From Octopus vulgaris (taxonomy: Eukaryota), in the NCBI GenBank assembly GCA_951406725.2, contig OX597838.1, positions 13,516,001 through 13,580,000 on the forward strand: DNA of 64,000 nt, written 5' to 3'. The notes below the pieces were generated by a model. That model was not told where the DNA came from and did not search any database. It worked only from the letters and a program-made list of their open reading frames with translations. Each line of letters begins with the position of its first letter. Position 1 is the stretch's first letter. The position numbers and the translations under genes are program-made. This document shows positions 1 to 12,300 of this stretch, in pieces.

Positions 1-270
1 AGAATTGTTTATGACGATTTGAACAGGTGTAAAGTTTGTTCCCAGGTTGCTCAGTGATGGTAACCAACTACTTGACAAAGATGGGTATCAAAACTGTCCC
101 TCACCCCCTCCTTACAGTCCAGACCTTGCTCCCTTTGACTTTTGGCTGTTCCCCAAGCTGTAGGAGAACCTCGAGAGCAGTTGTTTTGAAGATGAAAGAG
201 GCTGTGACAAGAGTCCTGGACACCTTTACTTTAGAGAACTTTAACTTCCATGGCGCTTTCATGAAGTAAC
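1..270 (+). mobile_element. mariner transposase C-terminal remnant
   Basis: Frameshifted translation gives HP..PYSPDLAPFDFWLFPKL, the mariner YSPDLAPxD motif; stops and frameshifts present. Confidence 0.75.
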
Positions 271-289
271 CGGAATACTACAATTTGTG

Positions 290-900
290 GTGCTGACATA
301 AAAAAATGTATTTCACAAAGTCTTAACTCTAGTGACCTACTAAATAAACCTGTCTGTGTTGCAACAGATGTTGAATATATTGCAAGATCTGATGTTTTTA
401 CTGATATAATGAATCATCTACAAACTCTTAACTTGGCACTCCAGAGAAAGGCTAAGATTATTTCTAATCTTACTCAGTTTTCAGCTTTCAAAGTAAAATT
501 AAAACTTTTCTAAGAGACATTGTTGAAAAATTTCAGGCACTTTGCCAATCTCAGAAATGGAGTGAATCCATTTCCTGATGCTAAAATAAAAGACCACAAA
601 CCGGAATACCAGCATAAATTACAAAGATTACAAAGATTACTTGATAATTTCCTAACCAGGTTTGATGACTTGCACAAGGTGAAGCAGGACTTTCTTGATG
701 TGATCAGTGATGGTTGTCCAGTTCTCAAACCTCTAGTTATGGAATCACGAGGCAATGGATTTACAGAATTTAGGTCTAAAGAAGATCCGTAGATCCTTGT
801 CTACAAAAGAGTTCTGGAAACAAGTTCCAGAAATAGAATGTCTTAAACTGAAGAAAATAACTGTGCAACCACTCTGTAATAAATTTTATGAAATGGAAGC
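290..900 (+). mobile_element. degenerate hAT transposase C-terminal remnant
   Basis: Fragments DIMNHLQTLNLALQRKAKIISNL and EFWKQVPEIECLKLKK resemble the hAT C-terminal/dimerisation region; multiple frameshifts. Confidence 0.55.
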
Positions 901-2970
901 ATTGTGTAGGCCTTACAAGCCACCAACTTATTGAGCTAATTCATATAGCCTTGATGGAAACCTGAAAGACCCCTGCTAGCAATAAATAGCAGCTTTAATA
1001 GCCTGATATGTGTTGCATTGCCATAAAAATTTGCAAGTCTCCTTTTATAAGATAGGATCTGGTTTAAATAACTCTAATTTTATTGGTTTGCCTTTTTACA
1101 TATTTTTCATGTTCCGACTAGATATTTACTAAGATAAATATTTTAATTATTTTTACCTTTTCTCTTTTATTCTTGATTGTCTAATTTCATGTTACTGAAT
1201 GCCAATTTGTACAACCTATGCATAAGTACACTTGAACATATGTGTGTATGTCTATGTGCGGATGTTCGTTTCAATTTCACAGACTAAATTCACCTGCATT
1301 CCGCATCTGCTGTCTCTTGCTCACCCCCACCTCCAACTCTGTTGATTTAGCTTTCTTTTCCCCGGAGACACAAGGTGCCATAAATTATCTTTACAACTGC
1401 CACACTTCCGAACTTCAAATTATAAAGGTAATTTATATACACCCCACCCTCAATGTTTTTGTAGTTCATTATTGTATTAAATATGCTAAAACTTTTGGTG
1501 TACAAACTTAAACTAAATCAACTGCATTCATGAATAAATATTATTGCATACATACAAAATGTGTTTGTAGCAATTAAAAAACATTCTTTTGTGTCACTAG
1601 TTACGCTCATCAGACTACAGCCAGCCTGGGGCACCATCATGGAAGTATTTAATCAATCATATCAACCCTAGTACTTTTTTTTAAAGTTTGGCATACTTCT
1701 ATTATTGATCCAAGTTGTGTGGGACAGAAACACTGACACAGATACAAATGTAAACATGGTGTGAATATTGTTCATGTCTTGTGACTCTCAAACACCTGAA
1801 CTTTATAGTCTTGTTAATCAAGTTTCACCAACTTTGGATTAAATGTTTCAAGTAGATTTTGGCATTTCATCTCAGGGGAAGTTGAAAGGTTACCTGCAAT
1901 TTGGATCTCAGCCATAAACCAGCATGTTTTGGAATATTTACACTTGCATCCCCGCAATAAATTTTCAGAATTTACCATATAAAAATGACATTCGAAAAAA
2001 TTGCCTTTCTTTTGCAGTTCAGTGTATAACTTGTAAACAAGATCACACCTAATTATGACACCAGTGTCTGTCCTGGCACTGTTTTTTTCTCTATATTGCT
2101 AGCAGGGAGATGAGTTGCTGCTATCTCTAGTGGTCAAGTGTCCATCACTGATGAGAAGGTTGAAATCATGTGATCTGGTGGTCTCGGTGCTGGAGGTGGC
2201 AGGGATTTATCTCCCCGCTAGCGATATAAACAAGAGTGCATTATTCACCAAAAGCCAATATGAGAAGTTCTCTCATGATATCTACCACAGTATAGTTTGT
2301 TCTAACAGAACATCCACATTTAAGTGGGCATAAATATTGCCTCTCGGTATTAATACTGCCTCTGTCACTTACGTATATTTTTCATGACATGGGAGAGGAA
2401 GACCATATGACATGCTGCAGCTAAACTGGAAAGGAAACTGCAAGGCTGCAGAGCTGAAAAAACCCAGAGATCCAACTAGAGAAAAGCAGAAAAAACAGCC
2501 CAGGGTTGAAAGCAGTGGAAAAAAGTTGTTGATGGCTTCTGCTTCATAGGGAGTGAAAGCTTTAAGTGATATGAATGAAAGGAAAGAGCTTAGCCTGTGA
2601 CACCCATCTGATGGGTTTTTCTCTTGAAACCAGAGACTTGGCCCAAATACTTGCAACAAAGTGAATTCTGCTAAAGGCATCTAAGTGTCAGGTGGTGCTG
2701 TTAATCTGAACACATTATTACAATACAACAAAAACTCTTGCACTTTTGTAGCACTGGTAGTTGCTAGTATGAGACTCGTATTCATTTTCTGTTCATGTTT
2801 CATTAAATCAACATTATCTACCTCATGCTTACTAATAAATACTTCATTGCTATCTCATATTCCTTCACACATGCTTATTACTTATTTCACCTTGCTCGTT
2901 ACCTCTTCATCGTCAGTTCATGTTACTAATTCTACATAATTTTCTCTTGTTGCTAATTGTTTCTCTGTGT

Positions 2971-3356
2971 GTGGAGGCGCAATGGCCCAGTGGTTAGGGC
3001 AGCAGACTCGCGGTCGTAGGATCGCGGTTTCGATTCCCAGACCGGGCATTGTGAGTGTTTATTGAGCGAAAACACCTAAAGCTTCACAAGGCTCATGCTG
3101 GGGGTGGTGGTGAACCCTGCTGTACTCTTTCACCACAACTTTCTCTCACTCTTACTTCCTGTTTCTGTTGTACCTGTATTTCAAAGGGCCGGCCTTGTCA
3201 CACTCTGTGTCACACTGAATCTCCTCGAGAACTACGTTAAGGGTACACGTGTCTGTGGAATGCTCAGCCACTTGCACGTTAATTCCACAAGCAAGCTGTT
3301 CCGTTGATCGTATCAGCTGGGACCCTCATCGTCGTAACCGACGGAGTGCTCCTATA
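2971..3356 (+). mobile_element. tRNA-derived SINE, family A (OR-like)
   Basis: Pol III A box TGGCCCAGTGG and B box GGTTTCGATTCCC; 10-bp TSD TTCTCTGTGT (2961-2970 / 3357-3366); near-identical copy at 35185. Confidence 0.85.
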
Positions 3357-3506
3357 TTCTCTGTGTATTGTTAATCACTCCCTCATTATCTCATGTTACT
3401 AATTGTTTTCACTTTGTTATTTTATGTTGGTAATTACCTCCCAAATGATATTTCACATTGCCAATTACTTCCCTTATTTTTAATACTCATGCTGACCATT
3501 GCCTCT

Positions 3507-4486
3507 TTTGCGGTTTCCATGGACAGCAAGGCTCACCAATGGAGAAGTCCATAAGCAGATAAAGCTGAAAATGTCGCTAGAAGCTAGGATCACCAAGCGT
3601 AGATTGGCATTTTTCGGTCATATTATGCGGAGAAAATCCCTGGAGAAGGGCATCATGCTCGGAATGGTCAGTGGCAAGAGAGGAAGAGGCCGACCAAGAA
3701 CCCGCTGGCTTGACACCATCAGGAGTGATACCGAAATGGACATGGCCAGTCTGAAAGAAGTGGCCCAGGATAGAACTGACTGGAGGACACTGATCCAACG
3801 AGTGACCGAGAGTCGACTTCGACTGAGTGGATAGATAGATAGATATATATTATATATACGGAATGGTCAGTGGCAAGAGAGGAAGAGGCCAACCAAGAAC
3901 CCGCTGGCTTGACACCATCAAGAGTGATACCGGAATGGACATAGCCAGTCTGAAAGAAGTGGCCCAGGATAGAACTGACTGGAGGACACTGATCCAACGA
4001 GTGACTGAGAGTCGACTTCGACTGAGTGGATAGATAGATAGATATATATTATATATACGGAATGGTCAGTGGCAAGAGAGGAAGAGGCCAACCAAGAACC
4101 CGCTGGCTTGACACCATCAGGAGTGGTGGACATGCCCACAAAGTCAGAAAACAACACAGCTCCCATGACTTTCGGAAACATTTCTTCACACTCAGAGTTG
4201 CTGAAGCATGGAATAAACTGCCTGCGTCAGTTGTTGACTGCCATGACACTGCATCCTTTAAGGCCCTCATGCTTTCCGAAATCCGTCGAAACTACACCTG
4301 ATTATATATACACTTTCGATGAGTTGTAGTGCACCTGAGCACTGTACACAATGTTTTATTATTATTATTATTATACCGGAATGGACATGGCCAATCTGAA
4401 AGAAGCAGCCCGGGATAGAACTGACTGGAGGACACTGATCCATCGAATGACCGAGAGTCGACTTTGACTGAGCGGATAGAGAGAGA
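3507..4486 (+). mobile_element. RTE-clade LINE 3' end with ~199-bp terminal unit present three times
   Basis: ORF WTARLTNGEV..RRLAFFGHIMRR..GKRGRGRPRTRWLD..AQDRTDWR is the typical RTE ORF C-terminus; units at ~3660, 3859, 4058. Confidence 0.85.
4126..4372 (+). mobile_element. CR1/L2-group LINE 3' end nested in the third RTE unit
   Basis: GHAHKVRKQ..RKHFFTLRVAEAWNKLPASVV..SFK motif, then a short UTR and (TTA)n tail; RTE sequence resumes at ~4373. Confidence 0.8.
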
Positions 4487-4520
4487 TTTTTAATACATCA
4501 TAATTTTTTTCGTTGTCGAT

Positions 4521-4668
4521 TCATGTTGCTAAGTTATTGCTTATCTCGTCCCATGTTGCTAAGTTATTGCTAATCTCGTCCCATGTTGCTAAGTTATTGC
4601 TAATCTCATCCCATGTTGCTAAGTTATTGCTAATCTCGTCCCATGTTGCTAAGTTATTGTTTATCTCA
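4521..4668. repeat. 30-bp minisatellite (CATGTTGCTAAGTTATTGCTAATCTCGTCC) x~5
   Basis: Direct tandem repeat just upstream of a splice acceptor. Confidence 0.9.
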
Positions 4669-4698
4669 TTACCTTCTCTCCTTCTTTTCTCATTGCAG

Positions 4699-5143
4699 CT
4701 TACAGAAAATTCGTACTATTGGAACGAAATTGGCAAAAGGATTTGGCATGTTGATGGGGAGGAGGTACATGTACCTGACAGGTGTCGAGGATAAAGTGGT
4801 GTATGTTTGGGACCGCAACGCTGACCTGGAGAAGCAGAAAGGTATCGTCAAATATGCTGGCCTCGTTACCATGGAAACACAGAAAGAACTGAAAGTTAGC
4901 CCCGAGCTCTCCTTGCACCCGGGAAAGATGTCTTTTGACAATCACGGGAACCTGTGGATCATAACTACAGATTACCAGTTGTACTTCAGAAATTCCACGG
5001 AGGGCGAAGGCTATGAGACAAAAATTGTGAAACTAAAAGTCGATGACTCAAGGGAAAAGCGAACCACTTCGACAGCAGCTTTAGACCGGAAGCTCCTTAT
5101 ATCGTTAATAATTGCCACGGTCATGTTGTGCATTGTTTTGTAG
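4699..5143 (+). CDS. Terminal exon of a yellow/major royal jelly protein (MRJP)-like beta-propeller protein with hydrophobic C-terminal (GPI/tail-anchor-like) segment
   Basis: Polypyrimidine tract + CAG acceptor at 4696-4698 (phase 2); non-repetitive open frame IGTKLAKGFGMLM..YMYLTGVEDKVVYVWD..LHPGKMSFDNHGNLWIITTDYQLYF..TKIVKLKV resembles the last blades of yellow/MRJP; ends LLISLIIATVMLCIVL*; AATAAA at 5195-5200. No upstream exons identified in the window. Confidence 0.65.
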
Positions 5144-5194
5144 GAATTTGACAAAAAGAGTTATGTTATGACTATTAGAAGAAGGATGCAAAAG

Positions 5195-5200
5195 AATAAA
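5195..5200 (+). promoter_or_regulatory. polyadenylation signal of yellow-like gene
   Basis: AATAAA ~50 nt after the stop, followed by GT/T-rich sequence. Confidence 0.5.
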
Positions 5201-5698
5201 GTAGAAAGAGGAGAGAGAATGTGAGTGTGTGTATTTTATTATTTTTCAGTGTCTGCTGTTATAGTTGTTGTTGTTGCCTTGTTTCCAACAAGAGGAGTTT
5301 CAGGTAATACAAGTGATCCTAGTTTTAAGCATAAATTCATATACATACTTTATCACCACCACCACCACCATCATCATCAATTTACGTTTGCTTTTTGCCT
5401 ACTGGCTTGAATCAGATTGTTCTATTCCAGTAAAAATTCTTGTCACTCCTGAACATCCTTTGTCATCAGATTCACAACAACAACGCCGGAATATTGCTTA
5501 TCTTTATTGTGCTAGCATCGATATTAGTTCAGCAGTTCTCAAATTGAACAAATACCAAGCTACCTCCAGCAAAAAAAAAGTAAAAAGAAGCATAGTTCTT
5601 TTGACATCTGTCCCTTCTTTATGGATGAAGACAAAACAGAGCTTGCACTGTATAAATTTTCTTCTTTGATTACCATAGTTTGGACAAGTTTACAGAGT

Positions 5699-6069
5699 TT
5701 AACCCTCTCGTTACCGTATTTGTTTTGAGATGTTCTGTGTTTCTTTCAATTACTTTAAATATTAGGTTGTCCCAAAAGTTCGTAAACACTTGCGAAAATT
5801 GAATTTTTACTTGCCAAGTACTAACAAAAACAACAAAAATTATTCCTCAAAATAAAGACCCTTATTTTCCAAGACTTTCTACGAACTTTTGGGACAACCT
5901 TATATAACAAAGAATTTAGTAAAATAACTTAGTTATCGTTAAGCTAGTGTTAGGAACATAAATTGTGACTAAGATTTGGTAGAAGATTTTAATTCAAAAC
6001 TTATGGAAGCAAGACATTTGTACTCAGAGCCAGAGGTAGTTTCAGCCAGATTGGTATCAAAAGGGTTAA
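5699..6069. mobile_element. piggyBac-like MITE family E with nested mariner-type MITE (5762-5902)
   Basis: TTAA-CCCT...AGGG-TTAA ends; inner element has TIRs AGGTTGTCCCAAAAGTTCGTA / TACGAACTTTTGGGACAACCT flanked by TA; partial second copy 6110-6242. Confidence 0.8.
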
Positions 6070-6799
6070 ACAGGCTTTACATTTGACAGATTAATCTGAA
6101 TGCTAAAGGGTTAAGCTAGTGTTAGGAACATAAATTGTGACTAAGGTTTGGTGGAAGATTTTAATTCAAAACTTATGAAAATAAGACATTTGTACTACAG
6201 GGCCAGAGCCGGTTTCAGCCGGGTTGGTAACAAAAGGGTTAATACTATCTTAATTTTATTAAACATGGCAATTTATCCAGCAGCTTTTCAATCCTTAAAA
6301 GCTCTTCTATGAGAAACACTGAAACAGCTCCATTTCCTCACGACCCCTTAGCTACTGAAATGTGTAAGAGGCTGCCAGGATTGGTCTTTAGTCAACCCAT
6401 TTTCCCCTGTATCAGTTTTTATTCAGATTTGCAACACTTGTAAATGAGTTCACTTTGCTGCAGCTTGTACAGTTTCTGTTTTGCGACTACGCGAGAGATC
6501 TTTACATTAAGTGTTGCGTTGTATTTGTCCCATGTGTCTGTCTGACAGCTCTAGAAATGTCACCTCCAACACAGCTGAGAAACTGCATTTCTTTGTGATG
6601 TAGGAGATTACGTTAGCAATCAAAGGACACTGATCATAAAGCCAACATTCATAATGCTCGTGGCACAGTTGTTTAGACAATAGATGATGACGTGGTTGGT
6701 GTTTATGAGAGGATTGTCTTTGTGTCTTGTGTGTGTGTATGTGTGCATACATACATACACATATACACACATAAACATATACACACATACACTTCTCTC

Positions 6800-7336
<537 letters not shown>

Positions 7337-7743
7337 AAATAAATCTTTAAAATGTCTCATCCTCAAAGCTGCGGTCAGACATATACATACCACACACACA
7401 CATGCACATACATATATAATGGTGGTTGTTGAACTTGTCCATGTGTATAACCATAACTGACAAATTATCTTATCTTAAAGATAAGGTAGGACAGTGACTG
7501 TTACCAATGCCTGTGCTGAAATTTAAAGTCAATAACAACTTGTGCAACACTACTAAGACATCTAGCTTTTGTTTTTCATCCTGTGGGGTGTCCAACAAAA
7601 ATTGCCCTCCTTACCAAGCAAGCTTGGCAGGATTGCTGGTTTAGTCACTGACACCACTGCCATGCGACGGGTTGTACCGCATTACATGCTGCATACGCTT
7701 GCATACATACATACATACATGCATGCAGGTACAAGCATACATA

Positions 7744-8145
7744 TCTTTATATATAAAAGAGAGGTTGTGTGCTGTCTGTCTCCTACGATTTAGATTCCTA
7801 ACTACTCCCACATTTTGCGGTGCAGTTTAACCAAAACCGGGTATCTTATAGTCGTGATTCATATCGAGCCCTTCTGGGTATTAGCGCGCGTCTACGATGA
7901 GTCTACGATTTAAAAAAAAATTTACCATCAATCTTTCCCATTTTTAATGCATTTTTGGCATATATAAGGGAAGTAACTCTCTAAAAATTTATTATTAAAT
8001 CTCAGAGCGTAAAAAGCTACAGTAACACCCCCACCCCCCCTTTGTGGTTAGCCATATTGAGATGGCTATTATACTTTACATCTCTAAAAATGCTTATATA
8101 GTTATTTCCCTTACAAACCCGAGCAACGCCAGGCGATACTGCTAG
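7744..8145 (+). mobile_element. non-autonomous Helitron
   Basis: 5' TC, 3' GC-rich hairpin (CCCGAGCAACGCCAGGCG) then CTAG, inserted between A and T, no TSD; near-identical copy 27397-27776. Confidence 0.8.
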
Positions 8146-8446
8146 TACTTATATAAATATAAATATATAACGTAAAGTATACTAGCCATCTCAATATGGC
8201 TAACCACAAAGGGTGGGTGTTACTGTAGCTTGTAGCCCCAGGAGAATATCGTCTCCAGCTGGCTTTAGGCACACTTTCTGTGCACTTATGATATTTGCAA
8301 AGGGAGGTCATCCCTCTCTCGTAAACCTAAGTGATACGCACGGACTGCAGTTTCGAGGTAATTTGCCTCTTGTCAGACAAGAGGCAAATTAAAATGCCCG
8401 TGTGTTAGATTGTAATTAAAGGCTGCTAGTCACCACTCTTCACAAG

Positions 8447-8675
8447 TTAACCCTTTCATTACTGTATTTATTTTGAGATGTTCAGTGTTTCTTTCAATTA
8501 ATTTTAAATGTAACAAAGAATTTAGTAAAACAACTTAGTTATCATTAATCTAGTGTTAGGAACATAAATTGTGACTTAGGTTTGGTGGAAGGTTTTAATT
8601 CAAAACTTATGAAAACAAGACGTTTGTACTCAGAGCCAGAGCTGGCTTCAGCCGGGTTGGTAATGAAAGGGTTAA
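8447..8675. mobile_element. piggyBac-like MITE family E
   Basis: TTAA-CCCTTTCATTAC...GTAATGAAAGGG-TTAA. Confidence 0.85.
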
Positions 8676-8689
8676 ACAGGCTAAATTCC

Positions 8690-9215
8690 TACCTGACTTG
8701 TCCATTACTCTGATGTCTCCTGTTCTGTGGAGTGGGCATTTTTGGCTGTATTACTTTGAAGTTGTTCTGTTAACACTTGTTCACTTGAGTGGGCTTTTCT
8801 ATCAGCTGAGACTCCAACCTCTGTTGTTTCTGCTCTGGTGTCTCATGTTTCCTCAAGTGGACTTGTCTATCAGCCGAGACTCCAACCTCTGTTGTTACTG
8901 CTCTGGTGTCTCATGTTTCCTCAAGTGGACTTGTCTATCAGCTTGAGACTCCAGCCTTTGTTGTTTCTGCTCTGGTGTCTCATGTTACCTCAAGGGGACT
9001 TGTCTATCAGTTTGAGACTCCAATTGCCATCATTTCCACTCTGGTGTCTTTTGAGCCCACAAGCAGGCTCGACTGGTTGTTACAAACTGAAGTTATACTT
9101 CTCATTGCTCTTGTGTGTCCAGGGCATCTCATTGTCTCTGAAATTGGAGCCTGTCCTGCCTTTCTTCTTATGCTTCCCTAAGCCCTTCGACCTCTGGAGT
9201 GTCAGTCATCAGATG
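8690..9215 (-). pseudogene. decayed Helitron-type ORF with 23-aa STPR-like repeats
   Basis: 68-69 bp tandem units translating on - as ETPEQKQQRLESQADRQVHLRKH, with stops and 1-nt deletions. Confidence 0.55.
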
Positions 9216-10230
9216 ATTGAAAAGTATTATTTTGGCTTTTATACATCATATCAAATGTGAAATATATAAAAAAATCAAAAATAAATTCCATAACATCCAA
9301 ATCATTTTTTGTTGTTTCTAAATTCAATCATGTGGCTTCCTAAGCTTCGTAAAAATCGGTCCAGTATGACAATTTGTGTTCTATACACAGGAATTCATAT
9401 GATTATACAAAAACAAACAAAACAAATTTTAGTGTTTGATTTAGCTGTTGTTTTTAGCACATTTCATAACCCTCCTCATTTGTTTTACAATCTGATGTAT
9501 TGCTGTTTTGCAATATTTTTCTCCCCCCCCATGAACACATTTAATGGTCTTTGGGATTTAAGCCAAAAATTTGAATTTTCCATATTTTAAACTGTGATTT
9601 AAAAAGAAAACGCAAAAAAAATATTTTAAAAAGTTAAAAAATAAAAAAAAAATTTTTTAATTAAAAATAAAAAAATTTTATAGCTGTGTGAATTCCTGTG
9701 TGTAGAATATAAATTCATAAAAATTTTCTGAAAATTCTAAAAAATAAAAAAAGTTACAAAGGGTTATATGGGGTGCTTAAAGTAGAATTCCACATCTTAT
9801 TGTGTCTAGGGAGGGTTATTAAGCCAATAAAAATTAAACACACACACTGTTTCAATACCACTTCTTTATTTTTCCAACTATTCAATTGTTTGTCTAATGT
9901 GTTGATTGAACATTCAATTGGTTGTTAGTTTTCTCTGTCAGAGTCCTTTCATGACCTCCTCACTGATATGCCCTCTTCTAGATCTGCTTTCGGTCTGTCT
10001 GAGGACTAGTCTGTAAGTGTGTGTGTGTGTGTTTACTTAGGTACATGTATTATATGCATGTATAAGTGGATTAGCCCATTTTTTAAATAGGTAAGTGTCT
10101 GTGTGTATGTTTGTGTGTTCGTTCTTGTGTGCATGTGGATTCCTTAGTGTGTGTGTGTGTAGGTGTGCATGTCTATATATATTATGTGTTCATTCTTGTG
10201 AGCATATCTATATGTATTGTATTCATCCTT

Positions 10231-10643
10231 GGCGAGCTGGCAGAACCGTTAGCACGCCGGGCGAAATACTTAGCAGTATTTCGTCTGCTGTTACATTCTG
10301 AGTTCAAATTCTGCCGAGGTCGACTTTGCCTTTCATCCTTTCGGGGTCGGTAAATTAAGTACCAGTTATGCACTGGGGGCCGATGTAATCGACTTAATAC
10401 CTATGTCTGTCCTTGTTTGTCCCCTCTGTGTTTAGCCCCTTGTGGGTAATAAAGAAATAGGTATTTCATCTGCTGTTACATTCTGAGTTCAAATTCCGCT
10501 GAGGTTGACTTTGCCTTTCATCCTTTCGGGGTCGGTAAATTAAGTACCAGTTATGCACTGGGGCTGATGTAATTGACTTAATCCGTTTGTCTGTCCTTGT
10601 TTGTCCCCCTCTATGTTTAGCCCCTTGTGGGCAATAAAGAAAT
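10231..10643 (+). mobile_element. tRNA-derived SINE family C (MetaSINE-like core), tandem dimer
   Basis: A box TGGCAGAA, B box GAGTTCAAATT, core GCCTTTCATCCTTTCGGGGTCG; other copies at 11838-12300, 28276-28495(-), 41555-41795, 59585-59810 and fragments at 42240-46650. Confidence 0.8.
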
Positions 10644-10704
10644 ATATATGTCTTGTATTCATTCTTGTGTGTGTATGTATGCATGGCTGTGTCTGTGTGT
10701 GTGC

Positions 10705-10880
10705 AGTTGTGTTTAGCTTATCAGCGAAACTCCTAGAAGTCTCCCCAATGTATGCCATATTCCAGTTCTTACAATCACCCTCCATGCATTTTGTATGGTA
10801 GCCTGTACTCCTGGTATTCCAGTCAACACTAGAGTTAAAAGTACACTGGTAGGAGTATAATAACAGCAAACAATCATCAG
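10705..10880 (-). mobile_element. Penelope-like GIY-YIG endonuclease fragment
   Basis: YHTKCMEGDC..AYIGETSRSFADKL contains the YIGET motif. Confidence 0.55.
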
Positions 10881-10961
10881 TTCTCTATCAACATGCCACA
10901 TAGCATTATTATCATTATTATTATTATTATGGCTAATTTCTAATCAGGGCTACAGCAACAT

Positions 10962-11359
10962 AGGCGCAGGAGTGGCTGTGTGGTAAGTAGCTTGCTAATC
11001 AACCACATGGTTTCGGGTTCAGTCCCACTGCGTGGCATCTTGGGCAAGTGTCTTCTGCTATAGCTCCGGGCCGACCAATGCCTTGTGAGTGGATTTGGTA
11101 GATGGAAACTGAAAGAAGCCTGTCTATACATGTATATATATATGTATGTGTGTGTTTGTGTTTGTCCCCCTAGCATTGCTTGACAACCGATGCTGGTGTG
11201 TTTACGTCCCCGTCACATAGCGGTTCGGCAAAAGAGACCGATAGAATAAGTACTGGGCTTCCAAAGAATAAGTCCCAGGGTCGATTTGCTCAACTAAAGG
11301 TGGTGCTCCAGCATGGCCGCAGTCAGATTACTGAAACAAGTAAAAGAGTAAAAAGAGAG
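10962..11359 (+). mobile_element. tRNA-derived SINE family B with internal (TA)n(TG)n
   Basis: A box TGGCTGTGTGG, B box GGTTCAGTCCC, tail (GTAAAAGA)n; copies at 19668-20083(-), 23365-23750, 24255-24865(-), 30710-31045, 33677-33931(-), 36170-36535(-). Confidence 0.85.
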
Positions 11360-11837
11360 TATAGTCCTGCCACACTTCTCAGTCCATCATCACTGCCTCT
11401 AGTTCCTGGATATGTTCCAGGTCAGTGTCTGCAAGTTGTCGATGTGTGACAACATTTCCCTCTTCTTACATCACCATGAAGTGGGTTCCACAAGACTAAT
11501 TTGGATGCTTCCAGTCCCAGGTGGACTGCACACTGACCACCTAGTCACAATCATCTTTGCCTGATCTTCTCACTGTGTTGATGCTATGCTGCTGTCTTCT
11601 CAGATCAGGCAAAGAAGAGAAGCATACTGAATCGAATTAGTATCAAAATCTTGTCTTAACGCCCTTGAGACTCATCATTATGACAGCTACCTGAGTCTGT
11701 TCGCAAAAATCAGACAATTCCAATACTAACTAAAAAGTATGCATAGTAAATATAATACCAGAACCACAATACCAGTTGCACTACCTGCATAACACATACA
11801 GAAGTATGTGGATGTACTATAGACAGGTATGTATAGG

Positions 11838-12300
11838 GTGAGAGCTGGCAGAAACGTTAGCACGCCGGGCGAAATGTGTAGCCATATTTCGTTTGCCGTT
11901 ACGTTCTGAATTCAAATTCCGCCTTTCATCCTTTCGGGGTCGATTAAATAAGTACCAGTTACGCACTGGGGTTGATGCAATCAACTTAATCCGTTTGTCT
12001 GTCCTTGTTTGTCCCTTGTGAATAGTAAAGAAATAAGTATTTCGTCTGTCTTTATGTTCTGAGTTCAAATTCCGCCGAGGTCGGCTTTGCCTTTCATCCT
12101 TTCGGGATCGATTAAATAAGTACCAGTTACGCACTGGGGTCGATATAATCGACTTAATCCATTTGTCCCCTCTGTGTTTAGCCCCTTGTGGGTAGTAAAA
12201 AAATAGGTATGTGTAGGGTACGCACTGGGGTCGATATAATCGACTTAATCCATTTGTCCCCTCTGTGTTTAGCCCCTTGTGGGTAGTAAAGAAATAGGTA
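11838..12300 (+). mobile_element. SINE family C cluster with repeated 3' halves
   Basis: One head plus three tandem partial bodies. Confidence 0.75.

Noticed and set aside
2140-2180. Hammerhead CTGATGA...GAAA
   Set aside because: No stem II pairing and no valid stem III/NUH; probably chance within a decayed repeat
2971-3045. tRNA gene
   Set aside because: tRNA-like head continues into a 300-bp SINE body with TSD; no proper acceptor stem or terminator
5265-5669. 134-aa ORF downstream of the yellow-like gene
   Set aside because: Spans microsatellites and a poly(A) run; no recognisable domain or splice support
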